DNA of 64,000 nt from Felis catus (taxonomy: Eukaryota): the NCBI RefSeq assembly GCF_018350175.1, contig NC_058368.1:93188001-93252000 (forward strand). The letters run 5' to 3'. Positions 12,586 to 26,759 of this stretch are shown here, one piece after another (position 1 is the stretch's first letter; each line of letters opens with the position of its first letter). The notes under the pieces were generated by a model. It was not told where the DNA came from and did no database searches. It saw only the letters and a program-made list of their open reading frames with translations. The position numbers and the translations under genes were made by a program.

Positions 12586-12790
12586 TTTTTTAAAGATATT
12601 TTTAACGTTTATTTATTTTTGAGAGAAAGAGAAAGAGTGCAGGCTGGGGAGGGGCAGAGAGAGAGGAGACACAGAATCTGAAGCAGACCAGGCTGTCAGC
12701 ACAGAGACTGATGCGGGGCTTGAAGTTACAAACCATGAGATCATGACCTGAGCCAAAGGCAGCCGCTTAACCAAGTCACCCAAGCACCCC
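12586..12790 (-). mobile_element. Can-SINE (feliform type)
   Basis: Poly-T, gacacagaatctgaagcag, gagatcatgacctgagcc; TSD agtacaatgatt / agtacactgatt. Confidence 0.9.
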
Positions 12791-12923
12791 TAGAGTACAC
12801 TGATTAAAAATGACATGTAATACAGTAATAAATATGAATCCAAACCAGCTTACCACATTAAAATAAAATGAAGGCCTTTCAGGCTATTATCATATATAAT
12901 CCTAATATTATCATATGTGTAAC

Positions 12924-13418
12924 CATGATGGCTAATTTTATGTGTCAACTTGACTGGGCTACAAGGTGCCTATATATTTAGTTAAATGTTATTCTGGGTG
13001 TGTCTGTGAGGGTGCTTTGGGATGAGATTAACATATGAATTGGTAGACAAGTAAAACAGACTGCTCTCCCCAGTGTGGGTGGGCTTTTTCCAATCTGCTA
13101 AATGCCTGAATTGGACAAAAAGGCTTAGTAATATAGACTGTATTCTCTCTTTCTCCCAGTCTTCCAGCTGGGATACTGGTCTCCTCCTGTCTTTGGACTT
13201 GGACTCACATTACAATTACAACATTGACTCTCCTGCTTTTAAGACCTTTATACTCAGACTGGAACTATACCTATGGCTCTCTTGGGTCTCCGGTTTGCCG
13301 ACTATAGATCTTGGGACTTCTTAGCCTCCATAATCATATAAATCAATTCCCTATAATAAATCTCTCTCTATACACACACACATGCTCTATTGGTTCTGTG
13401 GTGCAAGCTGGCTAATAC
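12924..13418 (+). mobile_element. ERVL solo LTR (MLT2 family)
   Basis: Start atgatggctaattttatgtgtcaacttgactgggc; AATAAA 13355-13360; end ctattggttctgt...ctaataca. Confidence 0.85.
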
Positions 13419-13781
13419 ACTCCAGAAATTTTCTGGACATTTGTTGGAATCAGCATCTAGAGGAAGATGTAGCCCAGAGTCTTGGGGTGAGGAAACCAGA
13501 GACCTCTGAGGCACCTGATCTCTAATCCCACAGAAGCAACCAAAAGGAGAGCTTTTGAAAACAAGTAAACCAATCTTCAACAAATAAACAAAATTCAATG
13601 AGCAAATAAATTAGATGACCAAAGAGAAATTGGTAAGATAGAAATTGTCAGCTTCAGGAAATCAAACAAGAAAAAGGGGACTAACTGAAAAATCTTTTTT
13701 CCTTCCATTATAATAACCAGCTTGAATGGTGAGAGAGAAGGGGGTGATAACAAAGTCGTCAGAATAGCAGAAAAATAGAAG

Positions 13782-13814
13782 ACTTCAATAAGGCTTCAAT
13801 AAGTCTTCAATAAG
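13782..13814. repeat. 11-bp unit x3 (Ncttcaataag)
   Basis: acttcaataag gcttcaataag tcttcaataag. Confidence 0.9.
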
Positions 13815-14200
13815 CATTTGTTCATCCTTTCAACAAATATCAAGTACATATTAACTACAAGGTCATACTCATCTTGGAAGTGTACCCATGAACAACAACA
13901 ATCTGGAACTTTCCGTCAGGTTTTGAAACAAGATGGGAGGTTTTGTTTGAGACAGATCTAATTTAAGGCGAAGCAGAGTATTTAGATGAAGGTGTCCAGT
14001 ACATAGATAGGGATTGGGATTAGAGTCTGGGAGAAAAATAAAGAATAGAGATTTAGATTTTAGAATCAGAAAGACATGAGTGGTGAAGCCATAAAGAAGA
14101 GGTAACAGACTATGTGAAAGAGGAGTGCAGGTTAAGAGAGGTATGTGATTTAGAGACAGCAAGAAGAAAAGAAGTCAAGGAGAAATGACACAACCTGCCA
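13815..14200 (-). mobile_element. L2 fragment
   Basis: ttcatcctttcaacaaatat tail-like start followed by purine-rich antisense L2-like sequence. Confidence 0.5.
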
Positions 14201-14229
14201 GAGACACAGAAGACCAGGGTATTGAGGGT

Positions 14230-14930
14230 AGGATGGAAAAGAAGGCAAAAGAGGAAAACCTTTCAAAGGTCAGAGGAGGGAGAAGAGAGCTTCCCAAAAA
14301 AGGCAGATGAGGGGAGAAGGAAGGACAGAGGGTTAGAACCATGGGATTGGAGAGGCAGAGTTGCCTCCTGCCATGACCTGAGTCCTAGGGAAGAGCACAT
14401 ACCACCAGTTATGTTCATCAATTTCAGGGCACAGAGAACCTGTGTAGGGGTCTGGAAGGCAGTTGGTTTTCCAGGGTTTCCAACGTCTGCATAGTACCCT
14501 GAAAAGGAGGTGCATCAAGAAAGGTAGGTCTGAGAAAGCAGAGAATTGGAGAAAACACAGAGGCCTCTGAGTCTCAAGCAGTGTATTCTTTTGCTGGGGT
14601 GTGGAAAAGAGCCACAGGGTGATAGAATGCAGTGTAGACTGCAGTGCAGAAGAATAGTTCAGGCTACTGAACTGCATACATTCAGGTTACTGTCTAATGC
14701 CAGCATGAGCTGGTGAATGACGGGCACCAGATGCTCCCCACTCCCTTTATGCCCTGACTTTACATAAAATTCCACGGAAACTACCCGAAGTCCAGAGGAC
14801 AAGAAGAAGATGGGAGCTCTAATTTGAGAAAAATCTGAATTAAACGAATTTGCCATAAATTCGCTCTGATTAACTTTCCATGATTTGGCAGAATTTGACT
14901 TATTATAGAAACAAAGTGAAGATTCAGCAT
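14230..14930 (+). mobile_element. Possible very old LTR (MamGypLTR-like)
   Basis: Weak recalled resemblance only (ttggcagaat...agaaacaaagtg near the 3' end). Confidence 0.25.
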
Positions 14931-14934
14931 ATCT

Positions 14935-15170
14935 TATAGGATGAGAGCACAGATTCTGAAGAATGGCTGCTTGAGTTCAAACCTCAGTCCCATCACTGAT
15001 GAGCTGTGTGACCTTGAGCAAGTCACTTAACTTCCCTATGCCTCAGGGTCTTCATTTATAAGCACAGTTAATAATAGATGTGCCCCATAATATTGTTATG
15101 AAGATTGAGTGAGTTAATATTTGAATACTACACAGAGTAGTTTTTAGCAGGTAGTAAGAGCTTTATATGG
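14935..15170 (+). mobile_element. MIR
   Basis: gagttcaaacctcagtccc...agctgtgtgaccttgagcaagtcacttaacttccctatgcctcag. Confidence 0.85.
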
Positions 15171-15657
15171 TGTTTGATGCTACTGGTACTACCCAAACAT
15201 CCATAGAATTTCCTAGAAACCTAACAAGAGGAGTCACTAATGGAAAAAGGAAAACGAGAATGACCAATAAGAAGAATCCACTGGATTTGATAATGAGAAG
15301 GTCCTCACGGACTTTGAGGTCAAGCTACAACCAGGTGGCAGAGATTGAAAACAGTTCATACAGGTGAATGGGGGTGGGGGATTCAGGGGATGAGAATGTA
15401 GGGGAAGAAGAGTTTCATCACTAGAGATGTCTGGCTGTAGAAAAAAGGGCTAATAGTTCTAAGACATCTTGGACTATAGATTTTATGTTTATCATAAAAA
15501 AAAAAAAACACTTCCCTAGCACTCTGGACCAAATGGTAATAATATATGTGTATTATGTTACTTCTTATATGCATAACCCAAATGTACCTATATAATTATT
15601 CCAGGATTAGGTGGTCAAAGACCAATTCTGAAGACTGCCTTAACATTCAAGACAGTA

Positions 15658-16060
15658 CAGTGGCAGAAATTGCTGGCTGCTCCCTCTCTTCTCATGTCCA
15701 TAGCTAGCCTACTTGTTATAATCTTTCTTGAAGTTAGCAGTGGCCTCCCAAGTGAGTTTGATCAGAAGGATGAGGAGTAGAAGAGTTGCATGTCAGATTC
15801 AGGCTTCGATGGCAAAAGCCTCCCATGCTCAGGCACCATGCTGTTTTCCCAGCAGCCAGAATGAAGACAACCCTCGGGGTTCTCTTGAAACCACGTGGAG
15901 AAGACGGAAGAACCTCTATGAGCTACCACCCTGATTCTGCATGGGGTAGGGTGGCATACCCACCTACCACCTGCTGGTTCTGGTAAGAACAGTGAAAAAG
16001 AAACTACTGTGTTTGGACAACACAAACCTGTGCACAGTTATATCAGTTATTGCATTCTGT
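15658..16060 (+). mobile_element. Old MaLR LTR (MLT1 family)
   Basis: Starts gtggcagaaattgctggctg; MLT1-like body and gtgaaaaagaaactactgtgtt near the 3' end. Confidence 0.5.
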
Positions 16061-16312
16061 AAGGCAAAAGTTAGATCGCTACCTCTGCAGAGTGGATGTG
16101 TAATAAAATGTTGATACAAATGAGAGTTAAGCATTCAAGTTGCAAATGAAACTATGGCCATGTGTGTTTTCAGAGTTTCCCCCCAAACTTGTTATTTTTA
16201 TTCCAGATTCACAATTTTTACTGGACTGAAGGTATCATTTTATCCCTAGCACTTGACACAACATCTGGCCCATGGAAAGTACTCAAAAGATATTTTGTTA
16301 AAATACATATAT

Positions 16313-16499
16313 GGGCGCCTGGATGACTCAGCCGGTTGAACCTTGGGCTCTTGAATTTGGCTTCTGTGATGGTCTCACGGTTGTAGGATGCAGCCCTGCA
16401 TCAGGCTCTGCAATCTCCCTGACTGAGATTCTCCCTCTCTCTCTTTCTCTGTTCCTCCCCCGCTCTTTCTCATATGAACACACACTCTGTCTCTAAAAG

Positions 16500-16558
<59 letters not shown>

Positions 16559-16560
16559 TA
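16313..16560 (+). mobile_element. Can-SINE whose tail has become an A/(TA)n/(CA)n microsatellite
   Basis: gggcgcctggatgactcag head, CT segment, compound tail 16496-16560. Confidence 0.9.
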
Positions 16561-16569
16561 CATTATCAT

Positions 16570-16875
16570 CTGTACTTAATATTTTTCTTTCAATAAGTTA
16601 ATTTTTAAACTTAAACACCTACTTTAATATTGTGTTAAGTAAATTGCACATTATGCATATATACATATACATATATATGAGAGTATGTGCATACATACAC
16701 ATATGTATATATAAAAACAAATACATGTGAAATCAGTGGTTTGATATTCTAGTTATGTTTCTTCTAGTTTGTGTTAAAAGAGCTAAAATTCCAGCACAAT
16801 TAACATTTAGAATATATTCTCACAACTAATTAATTTTGCATACCACCAGAGGTAGTACGCATTCAGAAACACCAA
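16570..16875. mobile_element. Possible hAT-Charlie DNA transposon fragment
   Basis: End gcataccaccagaggtagtacgc...gaaacacc resembles recalled Charlie termini. Confidence 0.3.
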
Positions 16876-17329
16876 TTTAATGTTTTCAGCTTGCTTATGA
16901 TGCAACCCACCAGTACTTTGTTCCCCTTGAGGTCATGAAATAAATCCACCCCAGTGAGATAACAAAGTTCACTTCCACTTAACCATCAGAGTGAGGCCCA
17001 ATGAATTCCTTCCTATAATACCATTACTTGCTAATAATGAATATGGAAGTAATACATAATAATGTTTGGAACCCGGTATTTATTACTTTCTGTTTAGTTT
17101 GCTCAATTTTGTGAATCTTAAACCTTATTTTTGTTAACATTTTGAGGTCAAATTATGTATCTCAAATCAGAATTACAGAACTTACACTTATTTCTACATT
17201 TCTAGATAATTCAGTCTCATAGGAAAAACAACAACAAATATAGATTTGTAGAGAAAAATATCAGAGTGCTTCATTTTATATTTTGTGTTGTTTTGAAAAA
17301 AAAAAACAGCTCTTTTTAAAATGGCAATT

Positions 17330-18130
17330 TCTTCAAGTGATCAAGACTTATCTGGAAAATTTAAGAAAAGAATTAGTCTAAAACTGTCTGCTGGTATAGC
17401 TTTTGCAGAAATTATTTCAGCAGAGTACTTAAAAATTTTTAAACATATATTTTTTGACCCAGACATTCCATTTTAGAGCTTCTTAGGGGGGAAAAATAGT
17501 ACCAATACATAATGACAAAGGATATTTATTGAATCACTATTTATAGTGGCAAATAATCTGAATACCCAATAGTAAGAAAATAGTTCCATAAATTATGGTA
17601 CATCCATTCTAAAGAATGTAAGCAGAGAAAAAAACAACTTAGATCTCTACCCACTCCCCTGATGGCTATCTATTATACACGGATACATAAAAAATGCAAG
17701 CAGTAGAAAAACATGTACAGTAGGATCTCATTTTTACAAACAATCTTTTTATAAAAGTTTTATTTATTTCTTTTGAGAGAGAGTAGGGGAGGGGCAGAGA
17801 GAAAGGGAGAGAGAGAGAATTGCAAGCAGGCTCCATATTGTCAGCATGGAGCCCTATGCAGGGCTTGAACTCACTAATCGTGAGATCATGACCTGAACTG
17901 AAATCAAGAGTCAGATGCTTAACCAACTCAGCCATCCAGGCACCCCTCATTTTTATAAACAATCTTATACCCAGATTTACATTCTTTACTCATTTACATG
18001 AGTAAGAATAATGGCAAAAGTATACACCAGGTTATTTATTTCAGGGATGTCAAAGGGGAGATGGTTATGTAATTCTTTATATTATTTTACTTATAATAAC
18101 CCTGTATTTCTTCTTTAACTAAGAGAACAT
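17330..18130 (+). mobile_element. Old L1ME-type 3' fragment split by a SINE
   Basis: tttgacccagacattcca, aaataatctgaatacccaatagta, aaattatggtacatccat. Confidence 0.7.
17748..17946 (-). mobile_element. Can-SINE
   Basis: About 20-bp TSD tcatttttac/taaacaatctt on both flanks. Confidence 0.92.
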
Positions 18131-19242
18131 GACATTAAAAATGATTTTTTTTTTCAATAGCAAGAAAGAGCATAGTTATTTTAAGGGTATGCCATATTAC
18201 CTCCTTCATTTGCTATTAAAAAAATGATGTTTTAGTAATTAGGAAAGTTTTTTTTTTCTGGGAAGCATATATTCATGCCTATTTAATATTTAGTATGTAC
18301 TTTTTATACACGTGTTGCTTTAATTAAATGCTACATTTGCAGGTTGACAGTGAAGGGTGACAAAACTTTTGAACAAATGTAGGCTTATATTCATTAAATT
18401 CACAACACCATTTGGAAACAGCCCAATATACTAACCATGGGTTCTCCTCACCAAAGCTGCTCTTGTTGACTTTTAATCAATCCTGTTGACTGAACCTAAT
18501 TAAAACACACTAGCTTTAATGGGTCTAAGGGGATCTTAATTGATGTTCTACTAACAAACCAACATTTTAAGAGGAAAATTCAAGGCTGAGCTGGATCAGT
18601 TTTTAGCAATGCCAGAAGTCAGTTCAATTTATAGCCTTTTGTTGTGGATGGATGATTGGTAGGGGCATGGGGTATATAAATATGGTAAAAAGAACCAAAG
18701 CTTGAGAAGACGTGACTCTGTTTAGACACACCTAACCCACAGGAAATGACATAAGTATACATACTCACATAGACACTTGGAGAAATATTTGGAAGTGGAA
18801 CATAGGTTTGGAAAAAAACAGACACCTTAATATGGTTTGAAAAGTTCTTACTGAGATCACATATGTTCATTTATCTATTTATCCTGTAAATCTTTTGTTT
18901 AAATTTCACAGTACACTACCGAGTTCACTACCATAAGGATAAAGCAAAGAAAAAGACCAACCCTGTCACCAGTCCAAATGCCACCATGTGAAGATCTAGA
19001 AGTTGCCACCCCTTTCACAAGATGTTTTGCTGCCATCTAACTGAAAAGCGTTGTGAGAAATATACACATCTAAGATGACTATAGTATGAATGGTTAGTCT
19101 GGAGTAATACGGCGCCCAATGTACATCGTACCCTAGGAATTGGTAACACACATCAGACCCTTTCACTACAATGGTGACTGTCTAAGTCAGAGATATATAC
19201 CAGGGGCTAGGAGGGTCCAGTCTAAAAGTTCAGAAAATGCTT

Positions 19243-19661
19243 TCTTTTTTTAAAATTAATGTTATTCAAATTTTAGTTAACATACCATGCAATATTGGTT
19301 CCAGGAGTAGGACTCAGTGATTCATCACTTCCATACAACACTCAGTGCTCATCACAAGTGCCCTCCTTAATACCCAACACCCATCTAGCTCATCCCCCAC
19401 CCACCTCCTTCCATCAACCCTCAATTTGTTCTCCATTGTTAAGAGTTTCTTGTGTTTCTTTTCCATTTTTTTTCTTTTTTATCTGACCCTTTCCCATATG
19501 TTCATCTGTTTTGTTTCTTAAATTCTACATATGAGTGAAATCATGTGGTATTTGTCTTTCTCTGATTGACTTACTTTGCTTACGATAATACATTCTAGCT
19601 CCATCCACGTCATTGCAAATGGCAAGATTTCATTCTGTTTGATGGCTGAATAGTATTCCAT

Positions 19662-19741
<80 letters not shown>

Positions 19742-20225
19742 ATATCTTCCTTATCCATTCATCAGTTGATGGACATTTGGGCTCACTCCATAGTTTGGCT
19801 ATTGTTGATAATGCTGATATAAACATTAGGTGCATGTACCCCTTCACATTTGTATTTTTGTATCCTTTGGGTAAACACCTAGTAGTGTAATTGCCAGATC
19901 AGAGGGCAGTTCTATTTTTAATGTCTTGAGGAACCTCCATACTGTTCTCCAGAGCAGCTACACCAGTTTGCATTCCCATCAACAGTGCAAGAGGATTTCC
20001 CTTTCTCTGTATCCTTGCAACTGTTGTGTCTTGTGTTCTTAATTTTAGCCATCTGACAGGTGTGAGGCGATATAAGCATGGTTTTGACTTGTATTTCCCT
20101 GATAATGAGTGATGGAGAGCATCATTTCATGTGTCTGTTAGCCATCTTGATTTCTTCTTTGGAAAACTGTCTATTCATGTCTTCTACCCATTTCTTAACT
20201 GGGTTATTTGGTTTTTGGTTGTCGC
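19243..20225 (-). mobile_element. 5'-truncated carnivore L1 (ORF2 C-terminus plus 3'UTR) containing a (TA)n(CA)n microsatellite
   Basis: Translation [17 protein letters not shown]...EILPFAMTWMELE...SEKDKYHMISLIC; poly-T at the left end. Confidence 0.92.
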
Positions 20226-21893
20226 TTTCTTGAAGATATGAAAAATGATTTGTATTTGAGCCAACTTTTCCAATTTTAATATATTTGTATCTAAATATAA
20301 AGAAAAAGTGACTCTTTAATAGAACTAGACCAGAGAAGTGAAGGATTCTTTAGGTAGAGAAGTGAGTAAATGTGGCAGGGAGGACCATCCCATCACTCGA
20401 AAGTGATTTTCTTCAGAATAAAGAAAGCCCCAGACACTCTATTCCTCTCTTCTCTTCTGTAAGAAGTCTCAACATTTTGGAAGCTACCCCACGAACATCC
20501 CCTGGATCTAAAATATTAAGATCATTCTTTTTAGGAATGGCTGGACAGCTGGGAAGACAGGGAAGGAAGAAGTTCATAGATGAGCATTCTTGGGGCCTGT
20601 CCAGAGAAGAAATTGCAACCATGCCTCAGTATTATGCAAATGACCTCTAGTCTTAAAATTCAGCTGACAATGAGGAAATCCACCATAGACAGATCCACCA
20701 TAAGATAAAGCAAGAATGGGAGAACAAGAGTATTACTTAAAAAGAAATATACCATATAATTCTCCCCTCGCATTATCCAAATCAAACATTTTTAAAGCAC
20801 CAGGCCTCTGTCCATAGCTTAGAAACTGGAAAAGGAAAGAAAAAAAAAAGGTTTTCACATTTTTCTTAGGCTTTCTTTCCCACTTAAGAACATTTTAGAA
20901 AACATGGTTCCAAGCCTAATATATAATTCATTTGTTTCTTTTATTCAACAGCACATATATCATGAAAAAGAAGAAAGGGGAGCGATTGCCTTGGGTGGTA
21001 CCATATATAAAATGATCAATGGCAAATACATTTGAACAGAACATGTGTAGGTGTTTCTCTGGATTTAATCACTAGGCAAGAGTCTTACCAGGAACCAAGA
21101 AAAAAGTAACAAAGATTGGGGAAGGAGACAGGGTTGTTTGCAATCACTTTTCCTCAGGGTACTCAAAGTGTTGGATTCAAAATACAGAATGATTTTGTCA
21201 AGTAGGTAGAAGATAGGATTATTTGTATCCATTTTTCAAGTACTGGAAATAAAATACCAAAAGAATAGAGAGTTTATGCACAAAGTGAGGCAGTAATAGG
21301 AACTCTGCTTCCTCCACATAAAGCCCCTCAAACCCCATCTCCCCCTGCCTCATCACTGGAGGATACTATTTTAACATTTTTAGTCTTTCATTAAAATATT
21401 CACTTTTATTACTTTAACAAGTTTTAAATGGTTGTGCAGGATTGAGATGACAGGAAAATGTGTGGCCTAATGCACTTTATAGCCAGTAAACATTTGGCCA
21501 CCTTTTCCTTATGTGAGCTAGGTAAACATTTCTATATATTTTACTAAGCTCTCATCCATTATATGAATGATCATGAACAAGTACATGTACTGAGTCATAA
21601 AAGTACAGAGACACTCAACATAGTAAGAAAACCACAGCCCCAAGATTTTCTGTGAGGTTATTTTGATAAGCAGATTCTGGCCATAATTTTATAAAGTGTA
21701 AAGTCTAGTATTAGTCCAGAGATTAGGTTCCACAAGTCTTATGAGTATCTGAATGGTGACCATTGTGCACTTGTGCTCTTACATCTTCCCTAGGAAGTGA
21801 ACAGAACTGCCCCACTGTGATTGAACAAGAAGACTTACCTAAATACAAAGCAAATCTGTATTCAGAGTTTCAGTTTTATAAGGCAGTCTTTAA

Positions 21894-22077
21894 GGGCGCC
21901 TGGGTGGCTCAGTAGGTTAGGCATCCAACTCTTGATTTTGACTCAGGTCATGATCTCAGGGTTGTGGGATTGAGCCCCACATCAGGCTCCAAGCTCAGCG
22001 TGGAGCCTACTTAAGATTTTCTCTCCCTATCCCTTTACCCTCCCCCTGCTTGGTCATGCTCTCCCTCTAAAAAAAAA
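21894..22077 (+). mobile_element. Can-SINE
   Basis: gggcgcctgggtggctcag head, A-tail; TSD agtctttaa. Confidence 0.9.
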
Positions 22078-22146
22078 TATTATAGTCTTTAAATATCTTT
22101 TGTCATTGTTGTTAAAGGTCAGTAGACTTTTTCCTTTTGTGTTCAC

Positions 22147-22980
22147 TTTTTTTTTTTTTTTAGTATTGTTGACACACAATGTTACATTAGTTTCAGGTGT
22201 ACAACTTAGCGTTCTCCTGACAAGTTTAGATGTGGTGCCATGTTCACCACAAGTATACCTACCATCTGTCCCTATACACTATTACAGTATTATTGACTAT
22301 ATTCCTTATGTCATGTCTTTTATTCCCGTGACGTACTCATTTCATAACTGGGAACCTGTATGTCCCACTCCCCTTCACCCATTTTACCCAATCTCCCACT
22401 CCTTTTCCCTCTGGCAACCATTAGTTTGTTCTCTGTATTTATAGGTCTGATTCTACTTTTGGGTTTTCTTTTTTTTTTTTTTTTTTTTTTTAGATTCCAC
22501 TTATAAGAGGGATGATATGGCATTTGTCTTTCTCAGTCTGGCTTATTTCACTTAGCATAATACCCTCTAGATCCAACCATGCTGTCTTAAATGGCATGAT
22601 CTCATCCTTTTTTATGGCTATATAACATTCCATTATGTGTATGTATGTGTATTTGTGTGTGTGTGTGTATTCACACATTTTTCTTATCTTTCATCTCTTG
22701 ATGAACACTTAGGTTGCTTCCTTATCTTGGCTCCTGTAAATAATGGTGCAATAAACATAGGGGTGCATATATGTTTTCACATTAGTGTTTTCATTTTCTT
22801 TTGATAAATACTCAATAGTGGAATTCTTTGATCATATGGTATTTCTATTTTAATTTTTGGAGTACCTTGCATACTGTTTTCCACAGTGGCTGCACCAATT
22901 TACCTCCCTACCAAGAGTGCACAAGGGTTCCTTTTTCTCCACATCCTTGCCAACACTTCTTATTTCTTCTCTTTTTGATT
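22147..22980 (-). mobile_element. 5'-truncated older carnivore/L1MA-type L1 3' end
   Basis: Translation IKKDEIMPFKTAWLDLEGIMLSEISQTEKDK; 3'UTR; poly-T. Confidence 0.88.
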
Positions 22981-24003
22981 TGAATCATCCAAGAGTGATC
23001 AGGTCTAGTGCCATCATGAAAAAAATGCTCCCTTTCCTGTCTGGTTATAGTCTGTAAGTCCCCAGTGGCTAGAACTTTCCTACACCTATTTTACCCCCTC
23101 TATGCTAGAGAGTAAAATACATCAAAGAATCTAAGTTCTTTCCTAGGTGCCTCAATGTCAGAATGGACCCAATCTTTTGTGAAAGTTTGGCTAACTCTCA
23201 GTGTACTGGGAACATACCTTGTAGATCTCAAGCCTCAAGTTTAACTAGAGTGGCAGATAAAGTCTGAGAAGAGTGGCAAAAGAAATCATCATGGTGTAAA
23301 AAAAGACCCCAGTGAGATGAATCTAACTTCAGACACAACCAATTCAAGGGCTTTCAGAACGTCATGTAATACTGCTGCCTCTAAGTTATACAAAAAGATT
23401 TACTCACAGTCTTCTGATCAACTAAAGGAGGACAAGGAGGCATTCACAGAGGAGGCTTATATGTCCTCATCTGAAACTGTTATTTCCAAATGTAATAATG
23501 TCAAATTATAACCAGAAGCTAGACCTTTTTTTCTTCCGAAATGGGCAGATTCAAGCCTTGGAAACACTAGTGAAACAAAGAGCTCATCACAGAGGGTGGG
23601 GTTTTGAGAAATTGATCCTAACTTAAAAGCTTTAATTAAATGCCCCCACATCAGTTACCAATAGATTAATGCTTTGTTCTTGGCTCCACTACCTTTATAA
23701 AAAATACATGGGTGCAAAATGTGAAGAAATAAGAGGGATGATGAATGTACTCACATTTCAAGATGGAAAAGAGAGAAGAGAAACCTTTTCAAATACCCCG
23801 TGGGAGAAGAGCTTGGTATTTCCTACTTGGAAGATGTTTAGCAGATTTCCTGCCCATTTGCTCAACTTATATTCACTATTCTAGTTTTTACTGAAACTTA
23901 AACCTACTTGGGATGGAGACACAAGCAAGATTTTGGGTGATTATGGAATGCTAATAATTGCTTACCCATTTTTTGAACTTAACAATATGCCTTTGTGGCA
24001 CAC

Positions 24004-25138
24004 TTTTTTTATTAATAGACTTAATTTTTAAAACAGTTTTCGGTTCACAGCAAAACTAAGTGGCAAGTACAGAGACCTCCCTCATACTTCTTCCCTCACA
24101 CATGCACAATTTCCCCCATTAACAACATACCCCATCAGAATGCTACTTTCATTATAAGTGATGAACCTACATTGACAAGTCATTGTCACCTAGAGAATTA
24201 TAGTTTCCATTAGGATTCTTTCTTGGTATTGTACATTCTGTGGGTTTGGACGAATGTATAATGACGTGTATCCACAATAAAATCATACAGAAGAGTTTCA
24301 CTGCCCTAAAAATCCTCTGATCTGCCTATTCACCTCTCCCCTCCCCTAACCCCCCTGACAATCACTGATCTTCTCACTGTCTCCATAGTTTTGCCTTTTC
24401 CAGAATGTCATATAGTTGGAATCATACAGTGTGTAGCCTTTTCAGATTGGCTTCTTTCACTTAGTAATGTGCATTTAAGTTTCCTCCACATCTTTTCATA
24501 GCTTGACAGCTCATTTCCTTTTAGCACTGAATAATATTGTCTGGATGTACCACAGTTTATTTATCCATTCACCTACTGAAGGACATCTAGGTTGCTTCCA
24601 AGTTTTGGCGGTTACTAACAAAGCTGCTATAAACATCCATGTGCACGTTTGTGTGAACATAAGTTTTCAACTCCACTGGGTAAATATCAAAGAGTGTGAC
24701 TCCTAGATTGTATGGTAAGAGTATGTTTAATTCTTTAAGAAACAGCCAAACTGTCTTCCAAAGTAGCTGTACCATTTTGTACTCCCGCCAGTAATGAAAG
24801 AGAGTTCCTGATGCTCCATATCCTGGCCAGCATTTGGTGCTGTCAGTGTTCTGGATTTTGGCTAGGCTAAATTAGTATGTAGGGGTATCTCATTGTTTCA
24901 ATTTGCAATTCCCTGATGAGACAGGTTGTTGAGTATATTTTCACATGCTTATTTGTCAGTTGTGTATGTTCTTTGGTAGCATATCAGTTAGGACTTTTGC
25001 CCATTTTTAAATGGGGCTCATTTTCTTACTGCTGAGTTTTAAGAGTTCTTTGTATATTTGGGGTAACTGTCCTTTCTTGGTTATGTCTCCAGCAAATACA
25101 TTCTCCTCATCTGTGGCCAACCTTATTTTCTCTTGACA
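24004..25138 (-). mobile_element. L1MB/L1MC-type 3' fragment
   Basis: ttaatagacttaatttttaaaacagttttcggttcacagcaaaa 3' end; antisense ORF2 tail (LLWKTVW, LPY). Confidence 0.85.
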
Positions 25139-26530
25139 CACTCAGTTTTATTTCTCATAGAAAAAGGTGCTTATTTGGGAAAACAGGGTATGTCTTTGGC
25201 AGTCTATCTCTGCAAGTTATGCTGTCGATATCCAATTTATAATTCTAGGAAGTAAGAAATAGTTTCTGCCTCCTCCCTCATTCTGAAAAGCAGGTGTTTA
25301 ATCCAACCTATAATGATCCTGTTCACAAATTTATTTGATTAGACCTGACCCTTCAAACTCCCTTTCATTTCTCAATGATTTCATTCCTCTTATCCTACCC
25401 ATTTCAAAATTTCAAAATAGGTAGGTTTTAATATCCAGCTGATCTTTGCTGGAAATCAGCAACAAGTTGATCTTGGCCAGAGAGGGCTCGGAGAGGAAAA
25501 GTAAGTTGGAAAGGAAATTTGTGTCCCATTTTTTCAGAAGAAAGAGGCATATCTCCCCCAGATACCCAGCTATGTGTGACTTTATGGACTGACACTTTCT
25601 TAGGGTTATTAGTGGGACAGCCACAAAGAAATATTACTTATCATTAATGTTATGCACTCCAAAGAGAAAACCATATATCTCTGGTGGGGAAGAGAACAGA
25701 GGACAATTCCTATTTTACAGTGTCCCATTAGAACATTCAAGAAGGTTTGACAAAGAGCAATGGCATTGACCACAGTAAGGAACAACACTATTAATAAAGA
25801 CTAACTCACAGGGATTCCCTCCCCAGCCTCGGCAAGGTCGGATGGAAAATAACCTCATGTAAGTTTGCCTAGAGTGAAAACCAACTGCTTGTCTTTACTG
25901 AATACTTACAAGGCTTGAGAGCAAACTGCCACATCTTTGAGTTAGGTAAACACAACGCAATGTTCATTATTTCCTAGAATAAGTGTGTGAGAGGAGCCCA
26001 GAAAACAGATCTGTCAGGTATCAGATGGTTTAAATGAAGCCTTGCTAGAAGACAAAGACACTGATCCTCTGTGCTAAATTCACTTTTCTTTACAAGAGGT
26101 GTGGTCCTTGGTACTGGCTGCAGTTGAGCACCGGATATTTCAACAGGGTGAGCTTGGCTGGTAAAAGCAAAGAAATATCTTAAGCTCACATCAAAATGAT
26201 ATGAGACTCATAATAAAATGAACTACTTTGTTGAAAAAAAACCCACAAAGTCTCATCCAGGTCTACACATTCAGACCATACTGAGAGACTGGAGGTAGGG
26301 AGAATTATCTAGAAGAAATCTATGCATCCTATCAGAAAATCCCAGAAGGAAAGACCTCTCCTTATCAAGCTGAATTAAAAACGAAACCTCTAAGATGGGG
26401 TTTATAAAAAAGTTCCCCCACACAACAAAAAAGAACAACTATCATGAAGAAAAGCATGTGGTTTGGTATTACTTTGTGTAAGAAAACAAACATGAACACA
26501 ATCCCTAGTTCATACCATCTCTAATCTTTA

Positions 26531-26759
26531 TTTCTTTAATGCTCTTTTAATGTTTATTTTTGAGAGAGAGAGAGAAAGAGACAGAGACAGAGGATGAGCT
26601 GGGGAGGGGCAGAGAGAGAGGAAGACACAGAATCCGAAACAGGTTCCAGGCTCTGAGCTGTCAGCACAGAGCCCGCCACAGGGCTCAAACCCATGAACCA
26701 TGAGATCATGACTTGAGCTGAAGTCAGACACTCAACTGACTGAGCCACCCAGGCACCCC
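26531..26759 (-). mobile_element. Can-SINE (feliform type)
   Basis: ccaggctctgagctgtcagcacagagccc body; TSD ctaatcttta. Confidence 0.92.

Noticed and set aside
23395..23480. Minus-strand exon-like segment ending act|gtgagt, and the plus ORF 23317-23511
   Set aside because: Poor polypyrimidine tract and no recognisable protein
26080..26155. Plus-strand ~51-nt exon-like segment ending agg|gtgagc
   Set aside because: Marginal acceptor and unrecognised peptides; cannot be supported without expression data
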